Of a stretch of DNA of 64,000 nt, positions 23,928 to 37,204 are shown piece by piece; within the stretch, counting starts at the first letter, position 1; each line of letters opens with the position of its first letter. The notes beneath the pieces are model-generated. The model saw only the letters and a program-made list of their open reading frames with translations, was not told the DNA's origin and ran no database searches. Origin of the DNA: Chlorokybus atmophyticus. Lineage: Eukaryota; Plantae; Mesostigma and Chlorokybus algae. Position numbers and translations under genes: made by a program. The DNA is taken from positions 284,994 to 348,993 of the forward strand of contig RHPI01000890.1 of assembly GCA_009103225.1 (NCBI GenBank). The letters run 5' to 3'.

Positions 23928-26900
23928 GTGTGTTCGCTTTCCACAGTTGGGTATTAGGTTTGATGCTCTTCACCTGCCTCCGTGCGAGTCGTGTGTTGTA
24001 GTGCTCGCATGTTATGGCATCATGCGTTGAGGCAGCTACTTATGTAACAAGATCTCCATACAATTGCATGGGAAGCGAGCATTGCCGACAGCAATTTGTA
24101 GCCCATGCCCATCGTTATTCGCTTGGTGAATTTGTATGCATTGCCTACCAAGCTTGCATTGCTGCGCACCTTGAAGTGTATAACAGACGGTATGCTAGGA
24201 TATGTGGGTGAATGTCAGAGTGGTCATGCTGTGGGCTCACTGCAGGATGCAGTGTTGGGGGAGTTGTGGTGTTTACATTAGATGTGCAAGTGGTAGTGGT
24301 ACAGCTATCATCTGTGAGGAAAAGCGCAATACCCAGCATTGCAATCATGTAGTTTACGCACGAGAAACAATTTGCATTGTCAATTAGAGGTCAATATGGC
24401 CTTTACTTTGCAAGTTACAATGCAAAACATCTTGTTGGATCAATAGCAACTTCAATTGCAATCACAATAGCCATAGCAATGGTACTAGTAATAGCAACGC
24501 TTACAACTTACTTGACAAGCTTCACGCGAGTCATGTTAGAGGCAGGTGGCATAACCAGAACCATCACTGTTTTTCGGACCCTGGGTGCAAAACGAGATTT
24601 TCAGATATTGCGGTTGTTTCCCTACCCACATGATGATGGGCGAGACAAGGCTTCTTGCAATAGGGAAACTTACAGTTAAGTATACATTTGCGAAGGATAT
24701 AGAAATGAAGTATACAACAGGTAATCAAGTGACTTGCCATTTGACAACATTAGAAATGTTTCAAAATGGTAGTAGTAAGCATCCGGACGAAACAATTATT
24801 GACAAGCATAAATGAGCTTGCGAAGTATGGGGTAAGAGGAGGAAAGGGGGAAGAGGGGATTCATCTCGATTATTTTTTGTTATACCACCGTGCAAGCTGA
24901 TATGCACAACGCACAAGAAGATGGAGTAGGTAAGAACGAACTGTCCAAAAACTGTGTACGGTACAAGCCACATATACCACATATATTTATGTGGAGTCGG
25001 CGGCCGGGGGGAGGAGGAGGAGTCGGTGCTAAGGGATTGAGCTTGTTAGCTTGTCAAAAAGTAAACTTCTTATCGTTTGATATATATTACAATAAGGTTG
25101 TTATTTTATACATCCCTTATTGAATGGCTTGGTCAGCTCCTTTCATGCCGTACGGGATGTTGTCATTTACGCAATGTACGCGAAGCCAAAACATAACGAC
25201 TGAAAACGCTATATCACAAGCAACACCAGCGTGTCACACTATGATATAGCAATATCAACTTGATGTTGTTTTGTTGTAACATCCGCTGATATAATTTATG
25301 TTTGTAACAATACGTTGATATGTTTATGGTGAAATACACGAAATGCAATTGCGTTGCATTTTAACCTTAATATGTCAAAAATATTATCTTTATACATATC
25401 GCATTTATATTCGTTACATTATACGTTGCATGTATACATTTGTCACTTTTGCATGCCTCTATAAATGGAATAGCAAGTACTTACATACATGTAAAAGACC
25501 AACTTGCAAAGCTGGATAAAGGCCATTTATGCCAGTTTTGCAAGTCAGGCTTCGACATGTGCCTGCGCAAGGAGTTACCTTAAACATATGGAAAACCAGT
25601 GCGGTTAATAGCTAACCACGTGTTTATCAAATTTCGCGGGTAACTTGCAGCTTCAATTGCACGAGTTGCTAATGCACTATGACATTAGGTATGCAAGCTG
25701 CACAAAAGAAGATCACCGGATCGCTTTTGATGAACAGTACGCAAGACTTGTCTTTGCGCCGCGCAAAGACAATTCTTGCGCACTTGCGGCAACATAATCT
25801 TGGTCATTTTACTGACACATTTAGCACGTACATTATTATGTACATTTTAGCACACCAACACTCAAATTAACACAACCAATATACAATCAGCGCTTGTTTA
25901 CAGGCTGATCGACAGCTACATAAAAGTTACCTAAGCACTACTTGCGTGACGGTGGCTCTTGCCACACAAAAAGAGGTTAATTATGGAGCCATCTATTTAT
26001 TTCTTAATAGCATGTTATAACATCTCTGCCGAAGCCGAGAAAAACTACAGCAGGAATACAGATAGCTAAACTTCAAGACACAAATTCATGCAGCAGCAAA
26101 GAATATATGTTACTTTCGTGCACAGACAGTAAGGAAAGCGCATGCATTCACGATTGTCACGATCTCAGCAGCAGCCTTCTTGTAAGTGTTTGCATATGTG
26201 TCCATTATTGAGACGTAATACACACTATGTGCACTGATATTATACAATGTGTGACAATCAGTTGAATGGTAAAAAGGATTGACATGCTATGCATAACATC
26301 AATGCAACCTTTGGTGAAATGCATGTAAAAAAACGTTTTTGTTGTAGTTATTACAGTCTGATATATGCGTTTTACCTGATGATTACCAATGACAATACTT
26401 ATGTTATAGACTAGTGATTTTTCTTTTAAACAGTAGTAATGAGCTAGGTAATCAATTAAAAAGTCTAATGTATATAGTATATTACATTCCGATGATGCAA
26501 TGCATTGTGATTCACTTTGCTTTTTATGCTTTACTGAATGTTACGCAAGGTTGTAAATCGCGTTGAAAGCTTTGCAATTGCAGGTTTTTGTACCTTCGAT
26601 TGAGCATTGTTACACAATATGTTTATTTGCTCTTACACGCGAATACTCATATGGTGATCATGACTAGCCCAGTTTAAATTATTAATTTATATGCTGCATG
26701 CTTTTCGACTTGTAGCTTAACGCTATGGCGAGCCCCCATTTATCACCACTCTGAAGAGGGAGGTTGCCCGTATGTGGCTTGCAATTTTTCTTCGTTTGTA
26801 AAGTTGTTAAGGAAATAAGCAATTGACAATTAATTGCGTGTTCAATATATCGTGAGTAATTACCGGCTCCAATCACACAAGTTTCTAGAGCGCTATGTGG

Positions 26901-28482
26901 CACCAACATTCAAGATCGCCGTTATTAACGAACGCCCTTAAGTAAGCTCAAAAAGGGGTACCATCAAATCGCCAAGAAAGAAAAGAAAGTGAAAGATTTC
27001 AACTCGCGGCATTTCTACCGCCAGTGGCAACTCTTTATTTGCTGGCTCCCTTAGCACGTACATTACACCAATGTACATATTAACAAGTCTGCACAAAAAG
27101 GAACGAAACTTATATACAATCAGCGCTTGCATAAGGTGGGTATGCGTAAACCAGCAGCTACAATATACTATAGTTGCCAAAGCGCTTCTAGCAATGCGGT
27201 GTATCCTGTTGCAAGAAGTGGTGTTCATTAGCACGTCAAGTTTGGTCCTCAATATCATGTATAGTATATAATGCGACACTCCTACTCAAGCTAACGTATG
27301 GGCACATACGCACACATGCACAATTAGCATAAAAGGTACCCATGTAGGAGTCAACGCCACATCCTGTACACTCAACAACCGCTCAAGTGCTCGTAATACC
27401 TTCATTATGATAATAAATATGATACGGCGTCATTACGTGACATGTTGGATTGTATGGTATTTCATCTCAGTATGACAGTTGCCTGTACATATGTAAACAA
27501 CATAGTCAATAGCCGTAAGAACAGAACGTTATTAACAAGTAATAATGCAAGTGACGTAATAACATGTTTAAATGATGATCATTTTCTGCGCTGTCTCTCT
27601 TTGTCTCGTTATATAATGCGGATGCCCCTTCTCATGCAAAGTGCCCCCCTTGACTTCCAAATTTTGTATTGTAGTAAAAGTAGGACCCCCCCCCCCCCTT
27701 TGGGTATACTATAGAATTGTGCTTGCTTGGGCAGTGTGAACGGCGAACACGTCATAAGCAGTTGTTGTGAGCCTCCTCTCAAGGCGACATAAATTTGCGT
27801 TCGTGGCGGGGTGCGATCTGCTCGGCACGTGCGCTGCTTTCTACTGGACCGCTGGTACGGGCACCCGCGCCACAAAGAAAGCAGCTTTTGTCAGTTTTGA
27901 TGCGACTTCTGCATAAGAATCACCCTCAACGCGACGAGGCGGCTGCAAGCACCTCGCAATCGTGACGCGCCCATGCGCTTCTTATAATGAAGGCCCTTCA
28001 ACGCCACACCTTTCACTGTCAGGGGCCTCACGTGAGGGTGTCACGCCAATATCCCCATGATGGGACAAGCCGCCCATCCGACGGCATATAGACCACAGAC
28101 GTCAAATCAGACCAGCAACAAAAATATCAATAGGGACCCCACCATTGGCTTCTGCAGGGACGGCTTCCACGGAGAGTCGCGACTCAGGGCGCGACCCAGA
28201 GCTTAGCAATGCAGTCCATTGCTTACTCGCTCGGTTTTGTATGATGCCCTTCCCCGTCCTTTTCCACTTCGTCGTCTTGCATTCTCGCTCAAAGCAAGGA
28301 CTGCTTTTTGTGCCTTTCTCCGACAGTCATGTTCAACAAACCGCCGTAATACACACGCTAAACACCGACGGCTGGTGCGGCATACACTGTGTTAAGCTTC
28401 AGCCGGACAATGAAGCCGGTGGTACGTTTGAATGTTTGTGTGTGCGTAAATTCACCACAGTTGACGGTACTTGTGCTGGTGC

Positions 28483-28518
<36 letters not shown>

Positions 28519-29297
28519 TCTCCGCGGTATGGTGCATGTCGCAAGCGGAAAGCTGTCCTGTTGTGTTGCTGCTTTCTAGCAGCAACGTGGTTGTGCTTAC
28601 CAGCTCCAACAACAACGCTCAACAGTCGCAGCAGCGGTGGTGACACTGAGCCAGTGCATGAGGTGCGTGTTTGGTACGCAAGCATGGTGGGGGCGGGTGG
28701 GTTGGCATTCAGAATCGCTGGCAAAGATGATGTCAGCGTGCATGCTACAGCGGGTTGCACCGCTCACTGCAGTAACTGCAAGTATAGTCGGTCATACGTC
28801 AAGTTCCAGCAAGGCTGTAGGCATGCAGTTGTCGTGCTAGTGTGCAGTTCAGTAACATGCTTGGCTTCGTGTGCATGCAGCTTGCACATGTAGGTATATG
28901 TGCCTGCCGCTACTTGTAGCGCATAGCCGTCGCTTGTGGTGCGCATAAGTTGGCGCCCGCGGCCAGCCGCGGTTGTGACTAGACAGCTGCCGCGTGAATG
29001 ACTCTTGTCACTCCGCTCAGTCCTTGGCCAAAGCGGTGACTGCGTTTTTGCGCGTTCAAGCTTGCAACGCTACTAGGGGCTGTTGTAGTATGCATGCTAT
29101 TCAGTTTGCGTCACGCTTAGGATTCTGCCGCCACGCCTGTCAGACGGCTTGCTTTTTGCACTTTCAAGGCACCCTTTGGCACTGGAAAGCAAGCAAGCTT
29201 GAACAACCACCACCACAAACACGACAGCAAGAACCACACTGGTCGTATACACACTGCTTCATCATCCTACAGGGTGCTGGTCGGCGGCCTCAACATC

Positions 29298-32200
29298 ATG
29301 GGGCTTGCGGAGAGGAGCGGCATGATGGTGAAGCGGCCCACTCAGCCAACCCCTCGTGTACAGCTGCTGCTGGTGTGTGCCGTGCTGGCATGGGCGGCGG
29401 CATTCGTGCCTGGGGCCGAGGGAGGATCATTGGATGCGGACGGGAAGGCGCTGCTGGCGTTCAAGAACGCCTTAACGGTGGACACGCACAAGTCCACGGC
29501 GGCATGGCTGCCGGGCACGGACCCGTGCATGTGGCCAGGCGTGGCATGCAGTGGGAGCGGCGATGCTGCGAGGGTGTCAGTGGTGTCGATGACCAACTGG
29601 GGTCTCCAAGGCCGCCTCGTCCCTGAGCTCGGCGTTATGGACGCCCTCCTTGACCTCACCCTCAACATCAACTCCCTGCAGGGACCCCTGCCGGACACCT
29701 ATGGCAACATGACTAGCCTCGTCACGCTGTAAGTTAAAGGCAATGCTTTGCTTGATTGAGAAATGGTGAAGTATTGACACAAGAACTGATGTGTATCCTG
29801 TTACATTAGCTCCGTTGGCCATAATCCAGTGGGTGGCGGAATTCCTGAGAGCATTCTGCAGCTACCTCAGCTCGCCACATTGTAAGTGATCTTTGTTCAA
29901 TGTTTGTAGTCATAATCTGGGCAAGTCGCAGCGCATTGATGTTTGTGGGTTGTAGAGAGATAAGCAATGCTGGACTCTACGGCCCTATTCCGGACATGAC
30001 TGGCCTCAAACAGCTGCGCTCCGTGTAAGCGCGTGTGCAATTCTTATCCGCAATGCACATGCAACCACACAAAGCTTACACGAGCACTGGTGTTCACACA
30101 TGCAGCGACCTTTCCGTGAACAATCTTATTGGCCCTGTCCCGGAATTCGATTCTGCACAGGCTATCTCACAGCTGTAAGTATCTCGTCAAGTTGTGGCAC
30201 ATATCAAGTGGATGGAAGTTATTAACATGGCAACTACGCACTCGTCGTCAGTCAACTTAATAAGCTTTGTGTGCCCCTCAGGTGGTTGTTCAACAACTCC
30301 TTGTCCGGTGGCATCCCGAAGTCGCTCGGCAGCATGACAACATTTACCTCCCTGTGAGTGCAGGTCTTTTCGCTTTTGGTTGCAAAGCAAAAGGATTTCG
30401 CGTGTAAACATACATTTGACCTTTCTCGCATTGCAGTTACCTTAACAGCAATCAGCTCGCTGGTGTCATTCCTGAAGAGCTCTCTTCCCTTGCCAACATA
30501 CTGCTGTGAGTGCCCCTGGCAAATGCACTGACCTGTGTGTTTGTTGCATGCAAGCTGCAACTAATTCGTACCCAATGTCACAGCGACTTTTCCAACAACC
30601 ATCTCATTGGAGAGGTTCCTGCTTCGTTTTGGTCGGCACCGCAGCTTGGGTAAGGGCAAGTACTTTGTGACAAACATGCAACAGAAATTCGCGCGAGTGT
30701 GTCGCGCGGAGCTTTCTCAGTTTGCTTGCCAGAAGTGTGTCGTGACGACCCTTTCATGAAATCCAATTCGTTGCAGGTTGAGTGGCAACCTTGGGCTGTG
30801 TGGGCCCGTTTTAGGCTCCGCGTCTGCTAACATATCAAACACAAACATTGGCCAGAACTGTAAGCAGCCACCTTTCCTCACTGCTTGTGCTTCTCATCAC
30901 CTCATGACTCATCTTCCTGACCATCACACTGCGTTGAATGTCTGGGCAGGCACATGTGATGTTGATGGCTACGCATACTCTGGTCTGCCGGGCCGCTGCT
31001 TTCGGGAGGTGCGCTTGGCGTCGCAGGCGCAGGCAGCTGCGGGTTGTCTAGCGTTGGGCGGGCAATTGGCCGAACCACACAACAGCTTGCAAGCCACCAT
31101 TGCGTGGAATGTGTGCCGGAGCATCAATGCGACTTCTTGCTGGATTGGCCTGAAGCAAAGTGCCAGTCAGTATGTGTGGTTATCAGACGGCTCGGCTGCA
31201 ACATACACGCCGTGGGTGCCAGGCCAACCCAGCATTACAGACGATGGTTGTGTGGTTGTCACTGGCAATAATCAGCCTCAGTTTGACGACCGGCTTTGTG
31301 ACACGGGGTCCGAGGTGGCAACGTACTTGTGCCAGCTGCCGGCAACCGTATCTTCTTCGGGCTCCATCTGTCCTGCTGGCTCCAGTGCAGCAGGCGACGG
31401 CCAATGCTACACTGCGCAACCATTTACTAACAGCGGTGTCACGGATGCGCGCAATGCTTGCGCAAGCTTGGGCGGTGACCTTGCAACCATTGCTGGCAGC
31501 ACTGCGCTTGCTGGAGCCCTGCAGGCTTGCCAAGGACAGCACTTCTGCGCCATAGGGCTCAATGACCAGGTATGTGTACATGCGTACATAGTTTTGCTCA
31601 TGTGGAACAGTTGATGCACGTCTCGCAACCGAACATCTTCTTCGCTTTCAGGTCACAGAGGGTAGCTACGTGTGGTTTGCGGACCCATCGCGCTACTCCA
31701 ACTTCACGAACTGGGCTCCGGGCGAGCCTTGGCCCGGTACAACCGCCGCTTTAGCCAGTGATTGCGTGCAGATGTGGAGCTCAACTTCACTCGGGTTCTG
31801 GAATGGCACTGCTCTCATCGTAAGACCACACTTGTAATAGCTGTCACACAAGTAGATACTTTGACCTTGTTACACGATCACCATGTACTCATCATTCCTT
31901 GTCATGCGCAGGTGACAACGCCTCGGGGGTCGTTTGTGGATGTCCCGTGTAACAACTTCGTGGGTTCCGCTCTATGCCAGATTGATCTGAGCCCAAACAA
32001 TGACTACGCTGCCTACATGGGCTGCTTCCAAAGCACTGCCTCAGACGATGTGTTGCCGATACGGTTGAGTGCGTCAAACATCACACCCGACTCGTGCATC
32101 TCCACCTGCCACGAGTACTCGTACTCATTCGCGGGTGTTGTTGATGGGAACCAATGCCGCTGTGGAAATGTAATCTCCAGTCAAGCCCAAGTGCTCACAG

Positions 32201-34187
32201 GTACCAATGCAAGATTTCATTCATGTGAGACCACATGTGTATCGTCCTGCAGCTTACCTGATGCATTCTTCTTGACAGACGACTCCTGCACATTGCCTTG
32301 CGAAGCGGACGGGAGTGTGCTGTGTGGTGGCGCAAACGGCGCCATCACCATCTTCAACGTCTCCGCAGCAAGTAACTTTCTGCTGCATTCTTCCTCATGT
32401 GTGCAGGGTGTTGCTGTCTTATGGCACCTGACACTTGTCATGTGTGCAGAGCTGACAGCAACAACTCCCTTGGCGCTATCACCTGCTCCCCCCAAAAAGA
32501 GCAGCCACAAGACCAGGAACATTCTTATAGGAGTGGGTGTAGCGCTCTTTGTGCTTGGTAAGGAGTGCCAGTACTGTTCTCACTATCAGGCATCAACATA
32601 TGCATGTGCTCGGCAAGTTGGCTAACAGCCTCTGTACTCTGATCTTCCAGTACACATTCCCTTGTGCTGGGGCTTTTACATCCTTCTCAAGCGACGTCGC
32701 GAGAGTAAGCGTGCTCAGCGCCTCAAATTGCAGGGCGGAATGAAGTTCAAAGGCTCACGTAAGCAGCTGCTCGTACACGCTTCAATGCCGCTCTGTGTGG
32801 TCCAGCAGTGAGTGTCTAACAACAACCAACATTGCATGCGCAGTGCAACCGCTTGTGCCTGGTGAGTGGCGCCTCTTCTCGTACTCCGAGCTCTCATACG
32901 CGACAGCCAACTTCTCGGCAGAAAGGCTTGTTGGGTGGGGCGGCTTCGGGGGTGTTTACGCTGCGGAATTCTACGATGGTACGAACCCTTACCCCCAAAC
33001 TCTAACGCTAACATGAATAAAGAATAGCAATAACATTAAGAATAAGACTAAAATCAGAATTCCCCACTGCAACATCATGTACACGTGTGCCAGGTACACG
33101 TGCGGCGGTGAAGAGGTTGGAACTGATGGGAGGTCAGGGCCAGGGCGAGTTTGAAGCGGAGCTGTCGGCACTGAGCGCCGTGCGACACCCGAACCTTGTC
33201 TCTCTTTACGGGTGCTGCACGGAGCAGCGCAACGTGCTTCTTGTGCTTGAGATCTTGCCCGGTGGAGACCTTGCAGCGCGCCTGCACGACAGAGCCGAGA
33301 TGCCCGCTCTGCGCTTCGACTGGCTTCAGCGCCTGCGTGTGGCTGTTGGGTCCGCCAAGGGACTGGCGTACCTCCACAACGTCGCCAACATCGTTCATCG
33401 CGACATCAAGCCATCCAACATCCTTCTCGACCTTGAGGGCTTGCCCAAGATCGCAGATTTTGGTATGTGCACTGTTCGCGTGTGGTGGTTACTGCCAGCA
33501 GCTCAGCCTGTCGTGTCCACCAGTGTGTGCTCATACGCATTTTTGTCCAATGTAGGTTTGGCCAAGCTGCTTGGTGAAGACAGACAAGTGACTGCCTTCA
33601 CCACGCGCGTGGCGGGCTCGTTTGGGTATTCCGCCCCGGTAAGTGGTCCACAATGTATCATTTATCAGGAAGCATAGCGCATATCGCGTACTGAGTGCTG
33701 GTTTGTAAAACAGGAGTACCACGAGACTGGAAAGCTTGACAGAAGCAGCGACGTCTACAGTTTTGGTGTGACTCTGCTGGAACTGATGACAGGGCGCACA
33801 CCTGTGGACATGGCGCGCGAGTCGGGAGAGCAGTGGCTTGTGCTTTGGGTGAAAGCGCAGGCCGAGAAAGGCGAGCTCGCTTGCGTGTTGGACCCGAGGA
33901 TGGACATTCCCGAGGAAGACAAGCCCGCCGCGTCCGAGGCGCTTAGAATTGGTCTCGCATGCATTGCGAGAGAGAAGCGCGAGCGCCCGCGCATGGTGGA
34001 AGTTGTGCGCCAGCTTGTAGAGTTGCTGCCTGCGGCTGACCCGTATGCGCAACCCGAGGAGTATGAGTCATATAAGGGTTCAGCTTCGCCGTCGTTGTCG
34101 AGTGTTTGTTCACACCCATCTCCAGACAACTCCGGAGGATTCACCGTCCCTACTGATCGCCTCAGTATGGGTGCTGCTGCTGTTTAA
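29298..34187 (+). CDS. Receptor-like kinase (RLK/Pelle): signal peptide, LRRNT, LRRs, two C-type lectin domains, WSC, TM, Ser/Thr kinase
   Basis: DGKALLAFK...W...PCMWPGVAC (LRRNT_2). Six 66-72 bp single-LRR exons at 29810-30649, GNLGLCG cap. CTLDs WIGL...WVPGQP...C and IGLND...WAPGEP...C. WSC YMGCF...C...C...FAGV...C.CG...CGG. TM ILIGVGVALFVL|VHIPLCWGFYILL-KRRR. Kinase GWGGFGGVY, AVKRL, HRDIKPSNILLD, DFG, GSFGYSAPEY, SDVYSFG. Confidence 0.93.
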
Positions 34188-34964
34188 CCTTGACTTTGTA
34201 TAGAGTAGTACTGGTTCTTCATATGTGTTGTAAGTATGGCAGTTGCAAAGCATGCGAGTTGCTGGCTAGTTATTTATGTGATGTCATCAAGTAGGACTTG
34301 ATACTGCAGCGGTAGTGTACAAAGTCTGTGCTAGAATAGTAGTCCTACATAGCTTGGAACAGGTTTATTCAATCCTCTCGTCTTCTTCCTCATCTTCTTC
34401 GTCTTCTTATCCTTTCCTATCAAGCGTGTCATGAAACCCGTCTGTTGTCCTACATATGTTTCAATGTTGCATGTGGCATGCATTGTCCAACACTGCGATG
34501 TTGACTAGTGCGCCACGGTCACGCCGATACAGGCCGTGCGCGCAGACTCGTTCGCACGCATGTACATTACATCACCGTGCTGCATCAAATATCCATGCTA
34601 TGTGTACATCAAATGTGCATTGCAAATGACCACGTATTGAAGATGTATCGAACATGCAGCGAACCTGCAATATGCATAGGATCGCACAGCAGCTATCACC
34701 ATAACCACTTTCAGTCAACCGTTTGGCTACACAACTCTGCCACTATTCTACTGTACTTCTACCACCCCGTTAGTCATGCAAGTTTGTACATGCTGTTCTA
34801 AATACCTGCCCACACGGGGTGCTGCACCTATAGAATGCAGGTAACGGATGCATGTACCGATACATACATTGATGATTGAAGGTACAAATTTGTTCACAAT
34901 GAGAGAAATCACTGCCATTTGCGCATGCACATGGGTATGTTAACTCTTGCGTATGTTATGGGTG

Positions 34965-35266
34965 CGGTCACAGCGCGCCACAACTTCGTCGCCGAGACGC
35001 ACGGCACCCTGGGCCAGAGTTTTCACGACGTCATCGACACATGCGCTAGGAGGGCACTGGCTGCACGTGACCTGCCATTGAGCAGGCTATCGGGCTACTT
35101 GGCTCTGTACCGGCAGCGCGTGTCTTGCGCGCTGCAGCGTGCCCAGGGCATCACCATCCTGGAGCGGGGGGCGGCGGTCGTAGCGGCAGTACCAGGCTGG
35201 GGTCCGGTCCAGACGGCGGCGCCAACGGCGGAAGCGGACGCTGTGCTGGCGGCTGCGGCAGTGTAG
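34965..35266 (+). mobile_element. 3' remnant of an RLE-type non-LTR retrotransposon (CRE-like restriction-like endonuclease C-terminus)
   Basis: FVAETHGTLGQSF...YRQRVSCALQRAQGITILER resembles the CRE-clade ETxGxxG...QRxSxAxQR terminal motif. GC-rich island with no upstream RT. Confidence 0.6.
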
Positions 35267-36068
35267 TTGAGTAGGCGTGCTTGCATGCCGCTGGCATGCG
35301 TGTGAGTATGCTTGTGCAGTGATAGGCAGGGCTGACAGTACGTAGTTTGGTGTGACGATGTTGCATATCAGTCGGTAATAAAAACTTCATCTCACACCTC
35401 TTGTGCCCCACATGTTATGCAACACACCTCTTGCACGCATATAATGATGGTCTTCCTTAGCCCAGATGACAGCCACAGACGACAGCACAGACAACACGCA
35501 CACACGCATTCGCACACTTGTACATGCATGCACACAGAGGCACAGACATGCAAGCACATATGCATGTGCGCGCACGCATGTGCTTGAACGTCCATACATA
35601 CATAGCAAGTTGCATCCCTCAGCATTGCCCTATATACTGTATGACGATGTTGCTGTACTAGTACATTCCCCCACTGTCACGAGGGAAAGTGGCGAGAAGT
35701 CACTTGGGTCCACATGGGAGACGTTGCTTACATGAAACACCGGCCAAGCATTGCAATATAGTAGTGAGAGAGACACTTTTCATCATTCTGCCCTGAAGCA
35801 TTGCGCACTGTTTAACTTGTACTACAATGTGCATTGCCTTATGCATATGCACAAGTGCATCATTGGGCATCGGTACGCTATGTATGTGAGGCCATAGGGG
35901 TGTGACAAGCTGTTAGCACTATTCAATATAATGGTAACCACTTGCAAGCTGTCTTATTACTAGTAATCGTGATGGCTCACCAGTGGTATTTGCTACAATA
36001 TGTTGCTACGGTTGTTGCGGGGTGTTGCGGGACCCCCCTCTCCCCCCGGGGAATGGAGGGGGGGGGGN

Positions 36069-36107
<39 letters not shown>

Positions 36108-37204
36108 TCTAACGTAGTTGCCCTAGGCAATGAAAAATTTGCATTGCATCAGTACCTACATGTGAATGGTAACATGCAATTGACGGTGATTGCAATACGT
36201 GCATATGATGGCGCCCACGAAAAGGCTGCAACTTGCAACACTTGCTGTTATGTTTTGTATGAAATATAAGTTGTAACACATATAATGAATATGGTAATTT
36301 ATGTCATACTACATGCTTATGTCGAAGCTTGTGTTGACAACGGTTAACATCACATTGTTTTACAATATCATATGGCATACTTGATAGGTACCAATAATGG
36401 TATTATACCCTTGCTTGCATAACATATGCAACCATTAGTATACTTGCATGACATATGTAATCATAAGTATGCAGTGTGCGTAACATCAAATGTTGACGTT
36501 CATGGCGAATGGAGTGTGATAGCTGTGCTCAGCAATGTTGTTATTAAAGTCAATCATATAATTCACAATGATTGATATACAAACGATAGCATATAATGGA
36601 TAATTGACGATTGGACTAGCGTAAGTTGTTACTAATCGACATTGTAGCATTTATAATTCCCTACAATTGGCAATTAAGATTTCTGTTTTGATGCGTACAC
36701 TTGTGCTAACATTGATGTAGTAATGCTATATAAATTACAATATCATTTAATGTAACCTTAATGTAATACATGACATTATCATTTATCGTTCGCAATGTGT
36801 ATCCACATTGCCAAATATAAAGAAGGTAGAAGTGTATACTATATGTCGGTAACCATGTAACATCATTTAATCATATATATATTATATTGCACATGCTTGA
36901 AAGTCACATCAACATGCAATAATGTTATTGTATTTAGGTAGACAATGTCGCCAAAGTCAGATGGTTGTGCAAACGCATATCAACGATTATTCCTTACGGG
37001 CATGGCCCACCATGGTCGCCGCGGCGGCGGCGAGCGACATCGCCGTCAGGCGCCACTCCAGGCAGAGCCCTCCTTGCTTGAGTCAAGCACGGCTGTTAAG
37101 CCGGGTAGCTTGCTTGGCCCAGGAGGCTCCTGGTGTGCCATATGATGGAGTCGAATTGACACTAGGGTATTAGGTCACCGCCAGGCCAGCGCAAGGCGGG
37201 GGTT

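Noticed and set aside
28471-28893. ORF with poly-Arg and a signal-peptide-like stretch upstream of the receptor kinase
   Set aside because: Driven by a (GGC)n repeat, with no domain and no evident splice link to the RLK.
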